This document shows, piece after piece, positions 8,142-16,921 of a stretch of DNA of 64,000 nt (within the stretch, counting starts at the first letter, position 1; every line of letters begins with the position of its first letter). Where the stretch lies: NCBI GenBank assembly GCA_018830525.1, contig JAHJSH010000029.1:41526-105525 (forward strand), written 5' to 3'. The notes under the pieces were generated by a model. The model ran no database searches. It was not told where the DNA came from and saw only the letters and a list, made by a program, of their open reading frames with translations. Position numbers and translations under genes: made by a program. The DNA comes from Nanobdellota archaeon (GTDB lineage Archaea; Nanobdellota; Nanobdellia; Pacearchaeales; GW2011-AR1).

Positions 8142-8828
8142 TTAAGCTTTTGCTGCTACTTCTGGAGCTGCTACTGCAGGTGTTTCTCCTTCTTTCTTTG
8201 TCTCAGTTCCGGCTACAGCCGTTGCTGCCTTAGCTTCTTCTGCTGCAGCGGCTTCTGCTTCTTCAGCCTTCTTTATAGCTTCTTGTTCGGCTTCTACTCC
8301 CTTGAAGAACGTGTCTAATTCTTTCTTCTTTTCAGGGTTAACATCAGTTTTTTGTGCTTCAATTTCTTCCTTATACTTTCCTTCTGCAATTTCATCAAGA
8401 ATTTCCATAGGTTGCTTACTCTCGATTAAAACTCCAAGAGCCTGGCAAGTTCCTATAACAGATTTTACCGTAGAGATAAATTCATTTGAAAGCATGCTAT
8501 TGTGTTTAGCTTTTGAAACAGCGATTACTTGTTCAATTGCAAGATTTCCAACTTTCTGCTTTAATCTTGCACCCGAAGCTTTTTCGATTTTCAATTCTTT
8601 TTTGATTAATTCAGATGTTGGTGGAGATAGAACTTTGATTGAGAACTTTTTTGTCTTTGGATCAACTGTTAAATGGACTGGAACTGTGACTCCCTTGAAC
8701 TCGGATGTTGCTTCATTAACGTCAGAAATAACTTGTCCCATGTTTATTCCCATAGGGCCCAATTGCTGAGCAACTGCTGGACCTGGACTCATTTTTCCGC
8801 CTTCGACCAATAGTTTGATTAATACCAT
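8142..8828 (-). CDS. rpl11: ribosomal protein L11 with about 70-aa Ala/Glu-rich C-terminal extension
   Basis: LVEGGKMSPGPAVAQQLGPMGINMG ... VLSPPTSELIKK. Confidence 0.9.
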   Translation of the reverse strand: MVLIKLLVEGGKMSPGPAVAQQLGPMGINMGQVISDVNEATSEFKGVTVPVHLTVDPKTKKFSIKVLSPPTSELIKKELKIEKASGARLKQKVGNLAIEQVIAVSKAKHNSMLSNEFISTVKSVIGTCQALGVLIESKQPMEILDEIAEGKYKEEIEAQKTDVNPEKKKELDTFFKGVEAEQEAIKKAEEAEAAAAEEAKAATAVAGTETKKEGETPAVAAPEVAAKA

Positions 8829-8887
8829 ATTAATTTTTTGAAAAGTTAGTTTTTAAATTATTCCTAAAGGATAATTAAAAATTAAAG

Positions 8888-8917
8888 TTTTTATCCTGTA
8901 GGTAGGTCTGGTGACCT
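8888..8917 (+). repeat. family-4 element
   Basis: TTTTTATCCTGTAGGTAGGTCTGGTGACCT; stem AGGTC/GACCT around loop TGGT. Confidence 0.7.
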
Positions 8918-8921
8918 GAAA

Positions 8922-9629
8922 CTACTCTTCTTCGAGTTCCTCCCTTCGAATTACTCTGATGTTATCTAACTTAACTGTAACTGGGATTGGAACTACCGCA
9001 CCAAGTAATGATACAACAACTTCTCCTTTTGCTTTGTCGATTCGGACAACTTTTGCTTTCTCATTCTTGAAAGGTTCGGAGATAATTTCGATGATATCAT
9101 TCTTCTCAATCTTGATGTCTGCTGCGACTGGCTCGAGCATTTGTTTTATTTCGTCGTATGTAACTGTCTTTCCGATTATTCCTTTAACATAAGGTAAATT
9201 GAAAACGGCTTCTTCAGCATGTTCTCTGTCTGGAGATTCTAAGAATACATATCCCCGAAGTCCGTGAGGTCTTGCTAAAGCATAAATCCCAACCTTCTTT
9301 TTCTTGACTTTGTCTGCGATCATCTCAAGTGCCTTATCTTCTTTGTTGGTTGTAACTTTTACTACATAAATAACATTCTCAAACTCTCTCTTTGGCTTAT
9401 TTGCCCTAGCTTCCTCACGAGCGATAGCTTTATCTTTTTCAGTAACTTCTTTTTCAATTTCTTTTTCTTCTTCAGCTAATTCTGCTGTAGATTCTTCATT
9501 TGCCTCTTCTTCAGGAATTAAAGATTGCTTTTTTGAGCCTTTAATCTTTGGTGCAAAAGATTCTTCAGCAGCGTTGCTATCATCCCCTTCTTCGAGGTAG
9601 TCAAATTCATCGTCATATCCGATTGCCAT
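8922..9629 (-). CDS. spt5: transcription elongation factor Spt5 (NusG) with about 85-aa acidic N-terminal extension
   Basis: NGN domain IYVVKVTTNKEDKALEMI and KOW domain KAKVVRIDKAKGEVVVSL; secE-spt5-rpl11 order. Confidence 0.85.
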   Translation of the reverse strand: MAIGYDDEFDYLEEGDDSNAAEESFAPKIKGSKKQSLIPEEEANEESTAELAEEEKEIEKEVTEKDKAIAREEARANKPKREFENVIYVVKVTTNKEDKALEMIADKVKKKKVGIYALARPHGLRGYVFLESPDREHAEEAVFNLPYVKGIIGKTVTYDEIKQMLEPVAADIKIEKNDIIEIISEPFKNEKAKVVRIDKAKGEVVVSLLGAVVPIPVTVKLDNIRVIRREELEEE

Positions 9630-9803
9630 GGTTTCTTTCTTTTTAGAAAAAAGAAATTTCCCGCAAGTAGAAAAACTTAATTTCCAAAACTGCGTTTTGA
9701 TCTTTTTTCAAGTGTGATTTAGGGGTCGTGCCCCAGCCAGCTCAAAGATATCTAAGAACTAGATAACTAAACTAGAAATTATTGGTTTTTAAATATTTCT
9801 ATG

Positions 9804-9986
9804 TTAAAACACAGTCTTCATTGCGACAGAAATAGCGAATCCGACAGCCCCGATTATCAAAATACCAATTGCTGAAACTTTTGAGATTGTTTTGAACTCG
9901 GCCATGCTCGGTTTTTTAAGAAGTCTCCATACTCTCAAGTATTTGTGATATTGTGAAGATAATGCTCTTGTTAATTTTCCTGCCAT
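9804..9986 (-). CDS. secE: preprotein translocase SecE (Sec61 gamma)
   Basis: 60 aa with a single C-terminal TM; lies between ftsZ and spt5. Confidence 0.7.
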   Translation of the reverse strand: MAGKLTRALSSQYHKYLRVWRLLKKPSMAEFKTISKVSAIGILIIGAVGFAISVAMKTVF

Positions 9987-10023
9987 AATAATTAGAATCT
10001 GGAAGGCTTTTTAAATTTAGGGT

Positions 10024-10054
10024 TTTTACCCAGTAGGTAGATCTGGTGATCTAA
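10024..10054 (+). repeat. family-4 element
   Basis: TTTTTACCCAGTAGGTAGATCTGGTGATCTA; stem TAGATC/GATCTA around loop TGGT. Confidence 0.75.
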
Positions 10055-10057
10055 GTC

Positions 10058-12289
10058 TTATTCCTCAAAGAATTCTATTCCGAGTTCTCCTTCCATGTCT
10101 TTTCTTCGAGCTTCTTCGATAGGTAATCGTTCTCCTGAAATCTGGGGAGATTTTACTCCGGTGATGATTACCATAACCTTCAGGCTTTTTTCCATGTCTT
10201 TTGAGATTTGGGCTCCAGAGATTAGTTTTGCGTCCGGAGAGAGTTGTTCTCCAATCTTCTGGATTATTTCCTTATATTCATCTAATGCTAAGTCGGTTCC
10301 TCCAATTACGTTCACTAGGGCGCCCCGTGCGTTCTTGATATCTACATCAAGTAGAGGATTATTGAGTGCTTTTTCTACAGCCTCCATTGCCCGGTTGGTT
10401 GAGTCTGATTCTCCCATCCCAATTAATGATACCCCCCCATTCGCCATGACAGCTTTGATATCCGCAAAATCTAGGTTAACTAACCCTGAATTTGTCACCA
10501 ACTCAGTTATTCCTTTTACAGCATTAGTTAGGATTTCGTCTGCAACCCTGAACGCAGTAGGTAATGGTAAGTCTGGTGCTAAGTCTAATAGTTTGTCATT
10601 AGGAATTACAATTAATGTGTCTACGATTCCTTCCATTCGTTCTAGACCTTCCATTGCGTTCTCGATCCTTTTTGCTCCTTCGACTGTGAATGGTAATGTC
10701 ACGACCCCGATAACTAACGCGCCTTGTTTTTTTGCAATTTCTGCTACGACTGGTGCTGCGCCGGTACCCGTATTATGAACTACAAACCCTTCTGCAATAA
10801 AATTGTGGCTTTTATCGACCGTTATATCGTAAACTCCTTCGTCTCCTAATTTTTTGGTGGAGGTTATTCTATTGAATCCGAAGTTTTCAAATATTTCGTG
10901 TTTTTTTCTGCTTCTATATTTATACATAAAGCTTAAACCATTTCTTGTTTTTGGATGGGGTAATTCTTCAAGTAATTCATGGGTTTTGTATATACAAAGA
11001 TTCCACGCAGTGAAATCTTTGGCCATTTTTGAATTTGGTGCTTTGATTGATCTTGTTCTTGATGATACATTGCAAGTTCTAAGCCCGATTTCATCGCATA
11101 GTATTTTGAGTTGTTTGATTAATTTTTCGCTTGACATTTCGAATCTTATTTCTTTTTTTGGAAGACCTGATTTCCCTTTTTGAGTCAGATAGTGACCATC
11201 TGCATCGGCTAAACCAATAATAAATGCCTTCTTTTGTTCTTTTGGTAAGTTGAATACCCAATTCGGAATTTCTTTTTTATTGGCTGGGTGATTTAATCCT
11301 ATTTTGTCAAGAAACTCATAGGCTTTTTTTGAATTGCCATATAGCCAATTTGCAGAGGGAGTGGTTTTCATTTTTATGTTAAAATATTTTTCTATTAGTT
11401 TTATATAATAATTATTTTGTTTCTTGTTTATCGAAGGAGAAAAGTAAATTTTCCATGAGTTTTTTGTTTTACTTATCCAGCCATCCCCCATAAGAAAACC
11501 GAATAGTTTACAAAAGTCTTCATCGCTTTCTCCTAGAGGGATATTTATGGGAGTGCCTTCGATTAAGACATCTCTTAATATAATTACTAAGTCCTCTTTC
11601 TTTAGATTTTTTGCTTGGACCCACTCTAGTCCGAATTTTGAAAAACGGTTACTGCTTAATTTATTTAGTGGTTTAACTTTTAGGAATGGGTGGTCAAATG
11701 AAGCATTGAGTGTTCTATTTTTGGTTTTTATTTCATATACTTTTTTGATGCCGGTTTTCATAGAGGCTATTACTTTTCTTTTTACGAGTTTGTTTTTATA
11801 AAATGTAAATACTTCTTCTCCTTTTTTTATTGAGGAAATTTTTTTGGGACCTTTTATAGTTGAGACTAAAGAGTCCCCCCTTAGACATCCACCACCAAGA
11901 CCACAAGTCACAAAAACTAAATCGGAATTTGATAATTTCTTTTTTATCTCTTGTTGTTGTTCCTTCGCTGCTTCTGCTCCGATTCGTGGATTTGAACCTG
12001 CACCAAGACCTTTAGAAAGTTCTCGTCCGATTAAGATTTTTTGGTCGGCGTTTGTATAAAGAAGGTCTTGTGCGTCGGTATTTATCGCGATAATTTCTCC
12101 ACCCTTGATTCCAACTTCTCGCATTCTGGAAGTTGTGTTTCCTCCAGCACCACCAACACCTACCACTTTTATTCGCGCAGATTGTTTTCTTAGAATTTCC
12201 TCAAGTTCTCTATCAATCTCAGAATTTCCACTGCCCTGCGAAATATGTTGAACCTCAGTCATATGGTTCTCTCTTAATATATCCTCCAT
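10058..12289 (-). CDS. ftsZ: cell division GTPase FtsZ interrupted by an intein
   Basis: N-extein ...KVVGVGGAGGNT...VFVTCGLGGG and C-extein TGTGAAPVVAEIAKK...VIPNDKLL... rejoin into a normal-length FtsZ of about 371 aa. Confidence 0.9.
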   Translation of the reverse strand: MEDILRENHMTEVQHISQGSGNSEIDRELEEILRKQSARIKVVGVGGAGGNTTSRMREVGIKGGEIIAINTDAQDLLYTNADQKILIGRELSKGLGAGSNPRIGAEAAKEQQQEIKKKLSNSDLVFVTCGLGGGCLRGDSLVSTIKGPKKISSIKKGEEVFTFYKNKLVKRKVIASMKTGIKKVYEIKTKNRTLNASFDHPFLKVKPLNKLSSNRFSKFGLEWVQAKNLKKEDLVIILRDVLIEGTPINIPLGESDEDFCKLFGFLMGDGWISKTKNSWKIYFSPSINKKQNNYYIKLIEKYFNIKMKTTPSANWLYGNSKKAYEFLDKIGLNHPANKKEIPNWVFNLPKEQKKAFIIGLADADGHYLTQKGKSGLPKKEIRFEMSSEKLIKQLKILCDEIGLRTCNVSSRTRSIKAPNSKMAKDFTAWNLCIYKTHELLEELPHPKTRNGLSFMYKYRSRKKHEIFENFGFNRITSTKKLGDEGVYDITVDKSHNFIAEGFVVHNTGTGAAPVVAEIAKKQGALVIGVVTLPFTVEGAKRIENAMEGLERMEGIVDTLIVIPNDKLLDLAPDLPLPTAFRVADEILTNAVKGITELVTNSGLVNLDFADIKAVMANGGVSLIGMGESDSTNRAMEAVEKALNNPLLDVDIKNARGALVNVIGGTDLALDEYKEIIQKIGEQLSPDAKLISGAQISKDMEKSLKVMVIITGVKSPQISGERLPIEEARRKDMEGELGIEFFEE
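10772..11887 (-). mobile_element. intein (372 aa) with LAGLIDADG homing-endonuclease domain
   Basis: Starts at Cys (CLRGDSLV), ends VVHN followed by Thr; motifs LFGFLMGDGWI and IIGLADADGHY. Confidence 0.85.
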
Positions 12290-12352
12290 GATTAAATCTG
12301 GTCAGAAGAGTTTTTAAAGAATATTGTGATAGAACACAATAAAGGGAATGAT

Positions 12353-12470
12353 AGTCTTACGACAGAGCTGTGCGATAAATTCGGTCGCACCTAATTCGCA
12401 ATTTGCATTTGCAAATCGTTGTTTTAGGCAAAAGCGAATTGCTCACGCTTGCTACGAATTTTAGGATTTA
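12353..12470 (+). repeat. family-2/5 mosaic intergenic element (diverged copy)
   Basis: AGTCTTACGACAGAGCTGTG ... CAATTTGCATTTGCAAATCG ... AAAGCGAATTGCTC is related to 14691, 18938 and 7948-8003. Confidence 0.55.
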
Positions 12471-12488
12471 TAGGATTTAGTAATATCG

Positions 12489-13043
12489 TTACATTCGGGG
12501 AAGAATTTTCTTGAGGATTGGACCGAGGATTAATCCTAGTAAATATAAGACACCAAATACCCCCAGAACTCTGAAATAAAATTCTTCGAAATCCATGAAG
12601 TCTAAAATAAGTTGAATTACCATTAATGCGACTATGCTCGCGCTAATGAAAGTTCCGATTGCGACTGAACGAAGTGTCTTATTGTTTTGGGGTCGGAGCA
12701 CCCAGGGAGATTGTATTAATAGAACTATTAGGATTAACGAAGTCAAAAAGCCCTTGTAGAAAAACTCCTCGTCTAAAATTTCCCAAATTGTTCCAACAGT
12801 TATTGCGAACATTATTCCAATGAGAGTTATTCCGAGAATTCGGACGTAATCTGTTTTTAGCTTGGAGAAAAGTATTCCAAATAAGCTTGCAGCCGAAATT
12901 GAAGCCATCGTCATGAGAATTCTCACCTCTACCTCATTGAAGCTTCCAAAAAGAAAAATTAGGATACTTGTAGCAGCCATAATGAGTAGGGAGCCAATCA
13001 GAACTATCAAGAAAAATCTTTTTATATCCCCTGTATTATCCAT
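12489..13043 (-). CDS. polytopic membrane protein, unknown function
   Basis: ORF with multiple hydrophobic helices. Confidence 0.45.
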   Translation of the reverse strand: MDNTGDIKRFFLIVLIGSLLIMAATSILIFLFGSFNEVEVRILMTMASISAASLFGILFSKLKTDYVRILGITLIGIMFAITVGTIWEILDEEFFYKGFLTSLILIVLLIQSPWVLRPQNNKTLRSVAIGTFISASIVALMVIQLILDFMDFEEFYFRVLGVFGVLYLLGLILGPILKKILPRM

Positions 13044-13065
13044 ATTTGATTAAAGAATTAGATGT

Positions 13066-13743
13066 TTATAAATTATTTGTCTTCGGACTTTTCTTCTCTT
13101 CGGATTTCGCTTCGACAATTTTGCTTTCAACTTTTAGTCCTAGAATCTCTTCGAACTTTGGTGCAAACATTTTTACGAAAGGTTCAAGTTCTTTTGGAAT
13201 CTTAAAAGTTACTGTCTTATCTGTTTTGTCGAAATCGAATTTCTTTCGGAAGAGGAATTCTTGTAATGCATCTATTTTTTCCTTTTCGTCAGTTATTAAT
13301 TTGTTAATCTTATATTTGTAAGTAATTTTTTTTCCGGCTAGGGGATTGTTAAAATCGACTAATGTTCGGCCCCTGTCGCTTGATAAGATTTTCACTAATT
13401 GTCCATCTAAGGCGAGTTGCATTCCTCTTTGTGGTTCGATTTTCTGTTCATGGAATAATTTTGTAGGAATCATCCTAACCATTTGAGGATTTCTTTTTCC
13501 AAATGCATCTTCGGGTTTGATATCCACGGTGAAAGACTTTCCGGGTTCTTTTCCTTCAATATCTTTATCGAATCCGCTTGGAAGCATTTTATGTCCCACA
13601 GATAAAACAAATGGTTTGATATCTTTAATATCTAGTCCACCTTTTTCTACATCTTCTTTGATATTTGTGTCGAAGATTTCATCTGTATTTGTTATATTTC
13701 CAGTGAATTCAATTTCGATGAAATCATTTTTCTTAATTGCCAT
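13066..13743 (-). CDS. FKBP-type peptidyl-prolyl cis-trans isomerase (long archaeal type)
   Basis: DFIEIEFTGN ... FVLSVGHKMLPSGFDKDIEGKEPG ... FGKRNP. Confidence 0.8.
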   Translation of the reverse strand: MAIKKNDFIEIEFTGNITNTDEIFDTNIKEDVEKGGLDIKDIKPFVLSVGHKMLPSGFDKDIEGKEPGKSFTVDIKPEDAFGKRNPQMVRMIPTKLFHEQKIEPQRGMQLALDGQLVKILSSDRGRTLVDFNNPLAGKKITYKYKINKLITDEKEKIDALQEFLFRKKFDFDKTDKTVTFKIPKELEPFVKMFAPKFEEILGLKVESKIVEAKSEEKKSPKTNNL

Positions 13744-13771
13744 AGAAGTTTTGGGGAAATTGAGTTTTTAA

Positions 13772-14008
13772 GTTTGGTGGGTTCCTTAAAAACCAAGATT
13801 TTTACCCAGTAGGTAACTCTGGTGAGTTAAGTTTGGTGGGTTCCTTAAAAACCAAGATTTTTACCCAGTAGGTAACTCTGGTGAGTTAAGTTTGGTGGGT
13901 TCCTTAAAAACCAAGATTTTTACCCAGTAGGTAAGTCTGGGGAATTAAGTTTGGTGGGTTCCTTAAAAACCAAGATTTTTACCCAGTAGGTAACTCTGGT
14001 GAGTTAAG
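13772..14008 (+). repeat. tandem array 4 x 59 bp, each unit containing one family-4 element
   Basis: GTTTGGTGGGTTCCTTAAAAACCAAGATTTTTACCCAGTAGGTAACTCTGGTGAGTTAA starting at 13772, 13831, 13890 and 13949; the third unit is degenerate. Confidence 0.9.
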
Positions 14009-14011
14009 AGT

Positions 14012-14638
14012 TTAGGAGAAGAGATTTATTACTTCCTGATAGATTTTTTCGGAAGATTGTTCTGCATCGATTTCTAAGACTCTGCCCCCATAGTATGCCA
14101 AAACTCCAGGGCTATTCTTTTGGTATTCTGCCATCCGTATTGGAAGTGCTTTTTTGTTGTCATCTTTTCTTCTTATTAGCTCTGAACCACAATCGCATTT
14201 TCTTGCGTATTTTGGAACCTTGGTTACGGAATTGTAAATTCCCTCGCAATCTTTGTTTGAACATGTAAGCCGATTTAAGATTCTTGTTCTTATTGTTTGG
14301 TCGCTTGCGGTTAATAGTAATGGGATATAATCTCCTACGAAGGTGTCGAGTGCTTCAGCCTGATCACGTGTTCTTGGGAATCCATCGAGAATAAAATTTT
14401 CCCGGTATTCGGGTTTTGCTAATGTTATCCTTACTAATTCATTTGTAATTTCGTCCGGGACGAGGTTTCCGTGACCCCAATATTCGTCTCGGGCTTTTGC
14501 CCCTATTGGATCTCCTTCTTCTGCTAATCTTCGGAAGATATCCCCTGTAGAAATATGGGGAATCTGAAAATTCTCGGAGATTTTTTTTGCAAGAGTTCCC
14601 TTCCCAACTCCGGGAGGGCCCAGGGGTACGATTTTCAT
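14012..14638 (-). CDS. adk: adenylate kinase (zinc-lid type)
   Basis: P-loop GPPGVGKGT, ILDGFPRT, and lid CSNKDCEGIY...CDCGSEL. Confidence 0.9.
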   Translation of the reverse strand: MKIVPLGPPGVGKGTLAKKISENFQIPHISTGDIFRRLAEEGDPIGAKARDEYWGHGNLVPDEITNELVRITLAKPEYRENFILDGFPRTRDQAEALDTFVGDYIPLLLTASDQTIRTRILNRLTCSNKDCEGIYNSVTKVPKYARKCDCGSELIRRKDDNKKALPIRMAEYQKNSPGVLAYYGGRVLEIDAEQSSEKIYQEVINLFS

Positions 14639-14690
14639 AATCTGTAAAAACTAGGGAGATTTATATTTATTTATGTAGTTTGATGTTTAG

Positions 14691-14755
14691 TTAGTCTTAC
14701 GGCGGAGCCGTGTAGTAAATTCGTTCTCGTTGAAACTCGCTGCGAATTTTATGTG
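14691..14755 (+). repeat. family-2 element
   Basis: TTAGTCTTACGGCGGAGCCGTGTAGTAAATTCGTTCTCGTTGAAACTCGCTGCGAATTTTATGTG; near-identical at 18938. Confidence 0.8.
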
Positions 14756-14772
14756 GCGGGGATTTAGCAAAG

Positions 14773-14781
14773 TTTTATAAA
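14773..14781 (+). promoter_or_regulatory. TATA box for leaderless aIF5A
   Basis: TTTTATAAA about 25 nt upstream of ATG 14803; the same AAGTTTTATAAA occurs at 19051 and 25631. Confidence 0.55.
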
Positions 14782-14802
14782 TTGATTTTTTTTCTTGTTG
14801 TC

Positions 14803-15192
14803 ATGGTATCTAAAGTTATTGATGCAACGGAGATGCGTGTTGGAACATACATTTTACTCGATGGTGTTGCACATCAAGTCAAAAAGACAGACACTTCTAA
14901 AACTGGTAAGCATGGTCATGCGAAAGTTCGATTTGAGGCAGTTAACATTGTGAGTGGAAAGAAAAAAGTTCAAGTTGTTCCTGGGCATGATAAATTTGAA
15001 GTTCCAATGATTGATAAGAGACAGGCGCAAGTATTGTCCGTTTCTGGAGAAACTGCGAGCATTATGGATAGTGAGAATTATGAGAATTTTGATTTGATAA
15101 TTCCTGGAGAACTACGGGGAACATTGAACGAAGGCGTTACTGTAGAATATTGGAATGTTGAAGGCGATAAATTAATCAAGAAGGTAATGTAA
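14803..15192 (+). CDS. eif5a: translation initiation factor 5A
   Basis: Hypusine loop SKTGKHGHAKV; ATG 14803 preferred over TTG 14782. Confidence 0.9.
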   Translation: MVSKVIDATEMRVGTYILLDGVAHQVKKTDTSKTGKHGHAKVRFEAVNIVSGKKKVQVVPGHDKFEVPMIDKRQAQVLSVSGETASIMDSENYENFDLIIPGELRGTLNEGVTVEYWNVEGDKLIKKVM

Positions 15193-15204
15193 TCTAAAAA
15201 TAAT

Positions 15205-15369
15205 ATGGCAACAAAAATTCCGGCAGCACAAAATAGATTGTTTAAGAATTCTTTTATATGTAAAGTTTGTAAGCACAAGATGAAACTTGAGCCCTTAAAG
15301 ATTTTGACAGGAAAGGCTCGATGTAGAAAATGTGGTGGAAAAGATTTTAGGCCGGTTAGGAAGAAGTAG
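15205..15369 (+). CDS. rpl40e: ribosomal protein L40e, 54 aa
   Basis: My translation MATKIPAAQNRLFKNSFICKVCKHKM...CRKCGGKDFRPVRKK; zinc ribbon; below the ORF-track cutoff. Confidence 0.7.
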   Translation: MATKIPAAQNRLFKNSFICKVCKHKMKLEPLKILTGKARCRKCGGKDFRPVRKK

Positions 15370-15456
15370 ACAGAGATTTTATCGAGGGGTTTGAATAGTT
15401 TTTTAAACTCTTTTCTATAATCATTATTATGATATACAGAATGCCGAAGGCAATAA

Positions 15457-15518
15457 TTTTTAGATTATGCAATGGCAAAGTCCTTGCGAAATTAAAAACT
15501 AAAGTTTTGAATTTATGG
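15457..15518 (+). promoter_or_regulatory. family-1 leader cassette; TATA-like TTTTTTAAA at 15399
   Basis: TTTTAGATTATGCAATGGCAAAGTCCTTGCGAAATTAAAAACTAAAGTTTTGAATTTATGG. Confidence 0.7.
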
Positions 15519-16897
15519 TGAGCTTTTGGGTTTATGATGTTGGTTTTTTGATTCTGTTTAGTGTTTGGGTGGCTTGGTTTTTGCGTTCTAGGAAGAAATC
15601 GTTGAGTCGTGAAGGGATTATTTTTATGTATCGAACTCAATTAGGAGTTAAAGCGATTAAATATATCGGGGATAATTTCAAAAAAATGCTTCATGCGTTG
15701 AAATATGTTATTATCACTGTTGGGCTTGCTCTGATGGGGACGATGATTTGGATGTTATGGACGACGCTTTCGATTTATATTTTGCATCCAGAGATTACGA
15801 AAGTGATTAAGGCACCGCCGATTGCCCCATTGATTCCGTATTTCCCGAAGCTATTTGGGATGCAGAGTTTCTTCCCCCCGTTTTATTTCACTTATTTTAT
15901 TTTAGCTCTTGCGATTGTTGCGATTGTTCATGAGTTTAGCCACGGAATTTTTATGAGGTTGTTTAAGATTAAGATTAAGTCTACAGGGTTAGTTTTTCTT
16001 GGCCCGATTTTAGGAGCTTTTGTTGAGGAAGATCGGAAGGATTTTGAGAAGAAGACGAAAATTGAGCAGATGTCGGTTCTTGGTGCAGGGGTTTTTGCTA
16101 ATGTATTTTTCGCTTTGATATTTTATGGACTTTATGTTGCATTCTTCTTTATTTCATTTAGTGCATCGGGTTACGCGTTTAATGCTTATGCAGATGTTGC
16201 AATTCCTACTGCGAATATAACTGGTATGGAGATTCAAGGGAACCTTACAAGGATAATGACAACGAGTGGAAAAGATTTCTATGCGAATACAGCAATGCTT
16301 GAACAGATTAATCTTAGCTCATATGAATTAATCCCGGTTTATTATGATGCGCCCGCAGTAAAAATTAGGATGGAAGGTGCAATTGTGCAGATGAATGATG
16401 CGAAGATTCGAGAACAAGAAGATATTGTTACATTTATGCAAAACACTGAACCGGGAGATATGGTTAAAGTTATTACCGAAGACGAAGGGGAACAAATAGA
16501 ATATAATATTGTGCTTGGCGAGCATCCTTTAGGAAATGGACTTGGGTATTTAGGAATAGGTTATGGGCAGGTCGCGCCTAAGGGATTTATCCAAAATGCT
16601 TTGATATTTTTTATGTCGTTCAAAGATCGTTCAACTTATTATGCGCCGACTTGGGATGGGGAGTTTGTTTATTTCTTCTACCATTTACTTTGGTGGATTA
16701 TGATTATCAACTTACTCGTTGCTATTTTTAATATGTTGCCGCTTGGAATGCTTGATGGCGGGAGGTTCTTCTATCTGACAATTTGGGGAATTACTCGTTC
16801 GGAAAAAGTGGGAAAAATTGCGTCTAAGGTGATGAAGTACTTTATCTTGGCAGTCTTCGTGTTGTTGATGTATTTCTGGTTCATTAGGATTATTTAA
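15515..16897 (+). CDS. site-2 protease family (M50) membrane metalloprotease
   Basis: HEFSHG zinc motif and NMLPLGMLDGG motif; polytopic. Confidence 0.85.
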   Translation: MVSFWVYDVGFLILFSVWVAWFLRSRKKSLSREGIIFMYRTQLGVKAIKYIGDNFKKMLHALKYVIITVGLALMGTMIWMLWTTLSIYILHPEITKVIKAPPIAPLIPYFPKLFGMQSFFPPFYFTYFILALAIVAIVHEFSHGIFMRLFKIKIKSTGLVFLGPILGAFVEEDRKDFEKKTKIEQMSVLGAGVFANVFFALIFYGLYVAFFFISFSASGYAFNAYADVAIPTANITGMEIQGNLTRIMTTSGKDFYANTAMLEQINLSSYELIPVYYDAPAVKIRMEGAIVQMNDAKIREQEDIVTFMQNTEPGDMVKVITEDEGEQIEYNIVLGEHPLGNGLGYLGIGYGQVAPKGFIQNALIFFMSFKDRSTYYAPTWDGEFVYFFYHLLWWIMIINLLVAIFNMLPLGMLDGGRFFYLTIWGITRSEKVGKIASKVMKYFILAVFVLLMYFWFIRII

Positions 16898-16921
16898 AAG
16901 TCGGGGATTTTTCTAATTAAT

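Noticed and set aside
10095-12059. Plus-strand ORFs inside ftsZ (10095..10778, 10854..11183, 11547..11801, 11844..12059)
   Set aside because: These are antisense shadow ORFs within a well-supported gene, with low-complexity translations.
13772-14008. Possible CRISPR array (regular 59-bp periodicity)
   Set aside because: The units are contiguous and near-identical with no unique spacers, and no cas genes are nearby. This is a tandem repeat.
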